Shown: piece after piece, positions 54,920 to 64,000 of the stretch
Position numbering within the stretch: position 1 is the stretch's first letter
Layout: each line of letters begins with the position of its first letter
Source of the DNA: Scyliorhinus canicula
Lineage: Eukaryota
DNA: 64,000 bases
Direction: 5' to 3'
NCBI RefSeq assembly: GCF_902713615.1
Contig: NC_052158.1
Coordinates: 43,177,159-43,241,158, forward strand
Program-made: the position numbers and the translations under genes
Notes under the pieces: generated by a model
What the model was told of the DNA's origin: nothing
Seen by the model: the letters and a program-made list of their open reading frames with translations, nothing else
Databases searched by the model: none

Positions 54920-57900
54920 ATTAATGTACATATTCTAGAGGCCTAAGGCATGGAGGGCTTTGGCCTATTAAGGGTCTTCTGCTCAGGCACAGACCTGACC
55001 CACTGGAGGCAATACGATTTGACAGAGGGGAGATGGAGTGTCAGGGCACCCTTGGAGTGTCCTGGAATGGAACACTCCCACCTAGAAACTCTCCAACTTT
55101 TTGCAGCTCCAGAACATAAGCGCGTGATTCGCTGGTCCCTACCCACACCTCTCACACTCGTCTGTCGCCCCTGAAAGAACCCACTCATTCTTGCCCGAGT
55201 CATATGTACCCTGTGTACCGCCTTGAACTGTATCAAGCTCATCCTTGTGCACAAGGAGGTTGAGTTTGCCCTTCACAGTGCCTCACTCCATACTCCCCAA
55301 TTTATCTCCCCTCCTAGCACACCTTCCCATTTTTCCTTAATCTTCACCACCCGCTCACCTCCCTGTTCTCCCAGCCACCCATATATGTTTCTGGTCCTGC
55401 CCTCCCCATCCACATCTGAAAGCAACAGTCGCTCCAGCAGGGTGTACCTCGGCAATCTGGAGAACTGCTTCCAAACCTTCCATGTGAAGTTCCTTACCTG
55501 CAGGTACCTAAACTCACTCCCTCTTGGGAGCTCTCTCCTCTCCCTCAATTCCTCCAGACACAAATCCCTCACTTTGACCAGCCCCATTTCTCTCCAACTC
55601 CTATACATGCCATCCACCCCTCCGGCTCAAATGTGCGATTCTCACACAATGACGTTAACACCGACACCCCCTCCATCCTAAAATGCCTCCTCAACTGGTT
55701 CCAGATCTTCACCGTGGACTGCAGCACTGGTTCCCTGAGTACCTGTTTAGCATCATTGGCAACTCCACCATCACCATAGCCCTTAAGCTGGACTCCCTAC
55801 AGGATTCTACCTCCATCCTGACCCATTCCACCCCTTCTCCTTCCCACCATCGCCTCACCTTCTCCACATTAGCCATCCAATAGTAATGAAGCAGGTTCAA
55901 CAACGCTAACCCTCCCTGCTGCCTCTGCCTTTGTAGCAGGTCCTCCTAACCCTTGGCACCTTCCCTGCCCATACAAAGTCCGAAATAATTGTGTCCAGTT
56001 TCTGAAAAAGGCCTTTGGAACAAATATTGGGAGTGTCTGGAAAATGAACAGGAACCTCAGGAGAATATTCATCTTTACCACTTGAATCCTCCCTGCCAAA
56101 GTCAATTGCGATGTATCCCACCTCTTGAGATCCTCCCTGGCCTCCTCCACCAGCTTCATTAATTTCTACTTGTGAAGCATTGCCTATTCCCTCACTACCT
56201 GAATCCCTAGGTATCTGAACCTGTCACCAGCACCTTGAATGGCACCCCCCCCTAAATTGGCTCACCATCCCAACTTAATCACCTGGGAACACTTTGCTTT
56301 TCCCTACATTCAACTTCTACCCCGAGAACGCCCCAAACCTCCCCAATGGGCCCATGGTCCTCTCCATACTCTCCAATGGGTCCGAAACATGCAACAGTAC
56401 ATCGTCAGCATAAAGCGACACCCGATGCTCCCTCCATCCCTGAAATTTCCCTGACACTCTGCCGATTCCCCAAAGAGCCATTGCCAGAGGCTCTATAGCC
56501 AGTGCAAACGGCAGGAGTGACAGTAGGCGCCTTGTTCCCCTGTGCAATTCAAAGTTCCGTGAGCACATGTCATTAGTCCGCACACTCGTATAACAGGCGG
56601 ACCCACGCCACAAACTTCGGCCCAAACCCAAACCTTCCCAGGACCTCAAAAAGGTACCACCACTTCACCCGATTGAATGCCTTCTCCGCGTCCGTGGACA
56701 CCTCTACCTTCAATACTTGAGTTCCCGAAGGGGTCAAAATCACATTTAACAGCCTCCTTATATTGCTAGAGAGCTGCCGGCCCTTTATGAAGCCTGTTTG
56801 GTCCTCCGCAACTATCCCCAGGACACAACCTTCCATCTTTCCCACCAACAGCTTAGCCAGCACTTTCACGTCTGTGTTTAACAGCGATATGGGTGTATAC
56901 GACCCACATTCCACCGCGTCCTTCCCCTTTTTCGGTATTAACGTGATCTCTGCCTGCATCATCGTTTCCAACAGTTCCCCCTTCTCCAATGCCTCGTTAA
57001 ATGCCCCCAAGATATGTGGTGCCAGGTCCGTCGCAAACTCCTTATAAAATTCCACCGGATATCCATCTGGCCCCGGAGCCTTCCACGACTTCACCCCTTA
57101 TACTGTCCAATATCTCCCTCAACTCCAGGGGCTTCTCTCGTGCCTGCTTCTAAAAATCCTGACCCATGACCACCTCTTCACCCTTCCTGTCCACCCTGTA
57201 CGTCCTTATCGTACTCCTTATCTTCCCTGGCTCTGACACCACATCCCCAGCCCCAGTCCGTATCCTCAATATTTCCCTGGACGCAGCCTGCCTCCATAGC
57301 TGGTGTGCTAGCATTCGATTCGCCTTCTCCCTGGATTCATACTGCACTCCTCTTGCCCTACGCAACTGTCCTATCGCCTTCCCCGTTGTCAACCTATCAA
57401 ATTGCCCCTGAAATGTTTTCCTCCTCGCCACTTCCTCCGTGGTGGGCACACTCGAGAACTCCCTATCTTCTTCCACTATCTTTTTCATGAGCTGGTCATA
57501 TTCCTCCCTCCTTTTCCTATCCGCATGAGCCTTGAACGAAATAATCTCCTCCCGGACATAGTTGCCGACATCTCCCGATCTGGTTCAACTCCACATAATC
57601 TTTAATCGCCGCCCACACCTTATCACAGAAACCTCCATCCGCAAAATAACCCCGAATCAAGCCTCCATCCTGGCCTCTGCTCTCGTCCCGATCTAAACCG
57701 AATCTCCAGCCGGTGGGGCGGCTGGTCTGAGATAATTATTCCCGCATACTCTGCCCCCTCCACCCCAACCAAAATCTCCCGACTCACCCCAAAAAAGTCA
57801 ATTCTGGAATACACCTTATAGACGTGTGAAAAAAAGAATACTCACTTCCCCCTGGGTTCTTAAAGCGCCATGGGTCTGCCATACCCATCTTTTCCATAAA

Positions 57901-58574
57901 CCCACCCAGCTTCTTTGCCATTCATACCCTACCCATCGACCTGGGGCTTGACCATCCACCCTCGGCTCCAGGTCACAGTTAAAATCTCCTCCCATGATCA
58001 GCTGGTGCGTGGCCAAATCTGAGGTCGCTGCCAACAACCCCCTCATAAAACCCACATCATCTCAATCTGGTGCATACGCATTCACCAGTACTACTGGCAT
58101 CTCTTCCAATACCCCAGTCACAATTATATATCTCCACCCGGGTATATCACTTCCTTCACACTTAAAAACTCCGTTTTCTTACTCATTAAAATTGCCATTC
58201 CCCACGACTTTGAATCAAACCCGTATTGGAAAACCTGACCAACCACCCCTTTCTTAGGCTAACCTGGTCCTTCACGTGGAGGTGTGTCTCATGCAGAAAG
58301 ACCACCTCCGCTTTCAAGCTCCCAAGGTGCACCAAAACCCAATATCTTTTAACTGGTCCACTGAGCCCTTGCGCGGTCCACATTATCAGCCTTACCGAAG
58401 GCTTATGCCTCCATTCCTCTCTACTGTCTGCCATCCTCCCCTTTTAGCTATAGCTGCGTTAACTCCACCCTGTACCTGCCCCCCCCAAGATGGTCCCCTT
58501 CTATGCCCCTGACCATGTCTCTTTTCTCCCACCTCACCTCGTCGCATTACCCTCCCTATTCAACCACCCCCCCC

Positions 58575-58605
<31 letters not shown>

Positions 58606-60090
58606 ACACACACTCGACCTTCTCCCCTACCACCTCACTGCCGCTCACCAGCATCACTTGCTAGCATGGCTACCTCTGCCCAAAAGCCTCCTCCCTTTGA
58701 CCTCCCCCGCTCCACCCACTCCTCCGCTCAGTGAAGAAGGCTCCGTGCTGACATTACCCTCCCCAACCCAAACTAAGACTCAACTCCAGGTCACCTCCCC
58801 AAGAGAAAACAAACAAGAGATAAAACACACACAAGCCCAGGAAACAGGAGGGGAGGAAATGAGGACAGCCATCCCAGCATAAACATTTACCCCTGCTACA
58901 CTTTGTCAACCTAACAGTAAATAATAAACATGAAGAATAACCCATTCCAGTTGGGAGGAAAATAACCCCACCCCCACCCACCCCCCGGCACTACCTACCC
59001 CCATTCTACCCGTATTCCCAATCATCTCAAAGTGCCAGCACCTCAATCCCCCAGAGTTGTTCAATTCAGTTCTCCCCCAATTTATGCTCCTTGATGAAGT
59101 CCTCGGCTGCTTCTGAGGTCTCAGAGTAATATTTCCAGCCTTCAAACGTCACCCATAATTTCACCGAGTAGAGCACCCCAAACCTGATCTGCTGCTGATC
59201 CTGCACCGCCTTGGTCTTGTTGAATCCAGCACACCGTTTCATAAGCTCGGCTCCAATGTCCTGGTATATTCCTTGTTCCGCTCCCATTCAGTTCCGCTCT
59301 TCCCTGGCCCACCGCAAGATCTTCTCTTTCTCCACAAACTTATGGAGTCTCTCGATCACCGCCCGTGGCGGCTCCCCTGCTCTAGACTTCTGCCTCAGAG
59401 ACTGTGAACTCTATCCACTTCAGGGGCCTTGTCCAGCACTCCCTCTGCCACCAGCATCCTTGACACGTATCTCGTGGCACTCACACCTTCCACTCCTTCA
59501 GAGAGGTCCACTATCCACACGCTCTGCCTTCTCAAACTGTTTTACTGTTCCTCCACCTTTGCTCTCAACGTCTTGCAAAGGTCTCCTAACTTCGCCTCCA
59601 ATGCCACCACCTGATCGCTGTGGTCCGACATCACCCTCTCAATATCCCGGATCTGTGACCCATGTGCCTCCAAACATTTCTCCACCCTTTCCATTGAGCC
59701 CTTCAGGGGTGCAGTTATTTACTGCAATGGCCTTCGAGTGATCCTCCTGCATCCCCTTCCTCTGCTGGCAGAACTCATCCTTGATAAAAGCCATCAACTG
59801 CTCCATCTGGGGCTTTCCAACTTGCACTAACCCTTTCCCCTCCGCCATCCTTCCACTGGCTGCTGCGCCACAGGTCTCCTCCAACTCCTTGGCCAGGTCT
59901 TTCACCGTCTTCTGTCGGGTTTGGTAACCAGCAGACATACCACTCCCGGGAGGAACTGCTCCTCCGACCTTCAACTACACCTTTATGTCAAGTTGCACCC
60001 AATTTTGGGTAAAAAGAGCTCTTTTCTGTGCCTTCATGCAGGAACTGCCCTTTGTGCGACCACTCACACCATGGCCATCACCGGAAGTTC
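54920..60090 (-). mobile_element. Near-full-length degenerate L1/Tx1-clade LINE
   Basis: Colinear ORF1 (YQDIGAEL, VRFGVLYSVKLWVTFEG), EN (WTAQGLSGPVKR, GGDFNC), RT (KAPGPDGYP, PISLLNTD, AEKAFNRV, YADD) and C-terminus. Confidence 0.88.
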
Positions 60091-60901
60091 CAGCAGTTGT
60101 CCTACCTGAGGGTGTTGATACAATCGCCTTGATTATTTGAGGAGAAGGATACCTGGAAGGATGTTGAGGTTCCCTATATCCTTTTGCCTTGTCACTACTG
60201 CACTGCAGCCAAGGCTAGAATGGTGGAGTGCAGATCTGAGCTATCCCTGCTGGACATAGATCTCTTAAGGTGTCACCACCCTTTTAAGGCAGCTAAACGT
60301 TTGCATGCCGAGCAACACCAGCAGACAGAACGTGGCTGGACACCTTCAGCCTTTGGGCCTGTCTGCACTGGCACCTCTATCTGATTTTCCACTACTTGTC
60401 TCTGCATCTCCAACAAGTCTCTTACGGCCAAGACCAGAGGCTCCTCATCTGCATGGGGCTCAACAGGGTCCGGGCTCCAGTAGTCTTTTGAGTATCAGAG
60501 ACCTTGGCTGTCACTGCCTCAGTTATAGGCTCATATCAGTGTTTTGCTCACTAGATTGTGAACCCGAGCCTACTCTAGAATATGCAGCCGCCGAGGTGAA
60601 TGTATCTGTGCTGGTGAGGTATACAGGTAAACACCCTGATAGTGCATTCTCTGAGGATTCTGCGGCATCATCCTCAGAGGTAGGTTGGACATGAAGCCAT
60701 GATGATCTTGTTAGCCTTTCGCTTTCTTCACTGGTACATGGAATGAAAAAATAGAAAGATATAATGGGTACCTATCAGCAGGCTCTTTAATTAATGCATT
60801 GTGTTTATCTGTGGAAACACCTGACAACTGCAGACTTGGGGCATCCTCACTGGCTTTCTGGAGGAGTCTTATTTGCTCCCAGCACAGGCGTGGTCATATT
60901 C

Positions 60902-61149
60902 TGTATTAACCGACATGGGACACACTGGTGGGATGATTGTTTTCCCCGTGTTACTCGGTGAGTGTGCGCTCCCCCTCCCCGAGAGCAGGGTTGCTCCACT
61001 ACTTGTATAAAAGGTCAGTCAGTCTGGAACCAGCCAACAGAGAGAGAGGACCCGGTGAGATTCAACCTGTCCTCTTATAAATACCTGTTTGTTTAATAAA
61101 AATATCTGACTATTCAACTCGCTGGACTCCCAACATATTGTTAAATACT
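60902..61149 (+). repeat. Probable solo LTR
   Basis: TGTATTAAC...GTTAAATAC(T) inverted termini, TATAAAA and AATAAA; no matching TSD found. Confidence 0.55.
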
Positions 61150-62100
61150 CCTCCCCAGCTACCTCACAGTTTTCTCCTCATCAATCTGGAATACCTCCAG
61201 TCATGGACCAGGGCATTCTTTCCTGTAGTAAGACACAAGGATTGACTATTATCCAATTGGTTGCATGCCCATGGCAACTGCTGATTAACAAACATTGGGC
61301 TGGATTCACCGAGACATTGTGCCAAAATCAAGAAATATAATCTGCCGCAGAATAGACTCCGACACCGGAATCGGGCTTGAAGCCGGCTTCGTGCCAATTT
61401 TGAATTCTCTGGACCCTCAACTCGCCGAAATTGCAGCTCCCGCCGCGCGGCCCAGAAGTACAGTGTGCACCTCATTATCTGTCCTGACGACTGATTCTCC
61501 GAGGCCTCAGCGATTCTGCACCCCGGATGGGCCGATTTCCCGACGTTGTGTTTCTAACCACCTATAAAAATTGGTGAAGCCGGCGTGCTGGCTGAGGCGG
61601 CTGCGAGAGGAGGTAGGAGTTGGCGTGGGAGGGACTGCGGGCTCCCGTATTGGAGACCAGCTGTGCTTCCTGCGTGGAGGGGGGCCCTGCCGGGGCCGGG
61701 GGAGGGGAAGGAAGGGGAACAGTCTGAGCGGCCGGGGTGCTCCCAACATGACAGAGCGGTGCCCACGTACCAAGCCCCATTACGGTGGCCATTTTGTTGG
61801 CCACCCACCCCAGCCCCTGGGTGGATACCAAGAAAACGGCCTTATGGATGGGTGCTGCCCCCCTACCTGGCCACCCCACTCAACCGGCGATGCCCACCAG
61901 GGGGTCCACCCAGGGCCACACCGAAGGCAGCCCCCAGTGAGGGCAGTGCCATCAAACGGTGGCCCTGGCAGCAGGGATGGGCACCAGGAACGAAGGCACC
62001 GATGGGACCGGGATGCAGGGGTGGGGGACATGCGTGGCTGGGGCGCGCGGTGACAACCGGGGCCACCATGTACCTGGTTAGGTATGGGCCATGATAACAT

Positions 62101-62141
62101 GAGCTTTGACAAAGGGTCATCTGGACTCGAAACGTTAGCTC
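62101..62141 (+). ncRNA. Decayed minimal hammerhead in a Penelope-type remnant
   Basis: GAGCT-TTGACAA-A-GGGTC-ATCTG-GACTC-GAAA-CGTT-AGCTC. Stems and the AACGTT palindrome are kept; the CUGAnGA core is mutated. Confidence 0.5.
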
Positions 62142-63424
62142 TTTTTCTCCCTACAGATGCTGCCAGATCTGCTGAGATTTTCCAGCATTTCCTCTTTAGT
62201 GCCATGATAACATTCTCTGCTCTCACCCCCTTCAGAATATCATATGTGGTAACCAGCCAGTGATGTTGGCTGCCGTGGCGGGAGCAACTGCCTGGCATGC
62301 AGCCCTGTGGCAGCATCAGTGCAGGCGGCTCAGAGATGAGGCAGAGGTTGCAGCAGAGGAGCAGGCTGCACGGGGGCGGACTATGGACACATGGCCATTC
62401 AACGTGGCTCGCGTTGTATATGGGGCCTGAACGGGGACACACGGCTGAGGTCGCATATAGCACTGTTTTGTACAGTAGGGAGCTCTGCTCGCCGGAATTC
62501 CCCAGTGTAGCGAGAGATCAGGAAACCATTATTAAATGGGATCCCAATCTCCAAGGCCTCCGAAATGATCCACGACCTCCTCCCCACCCCACCCAGCCGA
62601 ACGCACTATTGGAGGATCCCCCCCGCCCCTCCCCACCCCCTCCCAACACCCACCTGGGCATCCTTAGCCTGATGGTACGTGTTGAATAATTGTCAGCATG
62701 GCACCTTGGCAGCATCAACCTGGCACCTGGCAGTGCCACCTGAGCACCTTGGTAGTGCCAGGCTGGCCTAGGTGGCACTGCCAGGGTGCCAAGGTGTGGG
62801 TGTTGGAGGGGTGCCGGGGGGTGGGGGGCTGGGGGAATTCTCCGATAGTGCGTTGGGCTGGGGGGAGGAGGTTGCGGTAGTGCGTTTTGGGGGCCTCCGA
62901 GATCGGGGTGCCATTTAAAAATGACATCCTGATCTCGGTGTTCCGTCGAGTGGATCTCCAGAATGTTCAAAACAGGGCTGTGAGCGGCCTCGGCCATGTG
63001 TTCCCCATTCAGGTCTTTTGTACAATACGCATCGCATTGAAAACCATGGCCGCGATTCTGCAACCAGGCGCCGGGTCAGAGAATCGTTGGGGTGGGGGGG
63101 GGGGGGGGGTGGCGTGGGGATCCGACCCCGGGGGGGCTCCCACGGTGGCCTGGCCCGCGATCGGGACCTACCGATCGGCGGGCGGGCTGGATCCATGAGG
63201 GCCTACTTTACTCCACGCCGGGCCCCTGTAGGGCTCCGCCATTTTGACCGGGGGGGCTGACACGGAGGAGGGAACCCCCGCGCATGTGCAGAAGTACGCC
63301 GGCCTTTCTGCGCATATGCGAAATCACGCCCACCGTTGTACGCCTGCGCGAACTCGTGCGGGCCGTTCAGCGCCGGCTGGAGCTGCGGGAATCACTCCGG
63401 TGTCAACCTAGCCCCCTAGAAAGG

Positions 63425-63678
63425 TGATGTACCATCGATTGTACGCGAGGCGAGTGATTTACCAAAGTCTGGCTTTAATTAACTAGAACACAGCTCTGCG
63501 ATCGTCTACAGTGGAAAGGGACGATCATCAGGCGTCTGAGCATTTATACCTCGTTAATAGAGGCGTGGTTAACTCAGCCTCTCGGCCAATCGGTCGAGAG
63601 GCACATGACCGACCAGGGCCAATGGTAAGCCGACGTTCTGGCCCAATGGCAGACGAGTATGCAGATCATATCACCACA
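63425..63678 (-). repeat. Solo LTR (254 bp)
   Basis: TG...CA with 5-bp TSD AAAGG (63420-63424, 63679-63683); minus strand starts TGTGGTGAT, like family A. Confidence 0.85.
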
Positions 63679-64000
63679 AAAGGTGAGAATTCCTCACTTT
63701 TGGGGGCCGTTGACGCTGGACTGGTTGGTGTCGGTTTTCACGCCGGCGTGGGGACATAGCCCCATTATTAGAGAATCCCACCACTTGTGTTTCTCGGAAA
63801 CATGCGACTGAACAGGCTTGCCGAGGGACTTCGGGTGCGATTCTCCGCTGCCCACGACGGGTCGGAGAATAGCGGGAGGGCCTTCCCGACAATTTTCCCG
63901 CCCTCCCACTATTCTCCCCCCCCCCCCCCCCCCCCCCCCACGGCCGCCCCACGACACGAATCGCTGCTCGCCGTTTTTTACGGCGAACAGCGATTCTCCC

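Larger units (their letters stand above)
61288..64000. mobile_element. Nested GC-rich palindromic MITE-like repeats
   Basis: Termini like GGGCTGGATTC / GAGAATC; imperfect inverted arms ~62392-62600 and ~62860-63051; hairpin at 63958-63996. Confidence 0.6.

Noticed and set aside
60100-60900. Possible host exon or Harbinger accessory-gene remnant (ORF 60305-60694)
   Set aside because: No class II TM/cytoplasmic motif, no convincing splice pair and no recognisable domain.
61507-62463. Cluster of overlapping GC-rich ORFs up to 227 aa
   Set aside because: Expected from stop-poor GC-rich MITE sequence; no domain motifs.

Overview
Vertebrate genomic DNA, almost certainly a shark (shark-type SINEs and CR1s; the one host exon resembles nurse-shark MHC class II alpha as I recall it). 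About 90% is transposon-derived. The only host coding sequence I can support is a clean 282-bp MHC class II alpha-2 exon (17321-17602, +). Upstream is a young, internally deleted class I (epsilon/gamma-like) endogenous retrovirus (6156-16704, -). It is flanked by a 402-bp direct duplication of host DNA instead of a 4-6 bp TSD, and its U5 end is CT rather than CA. The most unusual system is a family of pol-less LTR elements: two young copies (9964-14067, 32913-37562) and one older relative (20801-27005). They have LTR, Leu-like PBS and PPT, and encode one ~1000-1200 aa protein: a short Gypsy Gag N-terminal domain fused to a long tail of in-frame tandem repeats (acidic block, then Asn/Lys/Arg block) whose copy numbers differ between copies. 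Downstream, one ancient Tigger/Jerky-type transposase is split across 18.7-51.6 kb by nested insertions up to five levels deep. These include a gag-pol-less LTR element with a paramyxovirus-F/lokiretrovirus-like envelope remnant, and Penelope-derived mini-inserts carrying minimal hammerhead ribozymes. All calls come from reading the sequence and ORF track; no database search was run.
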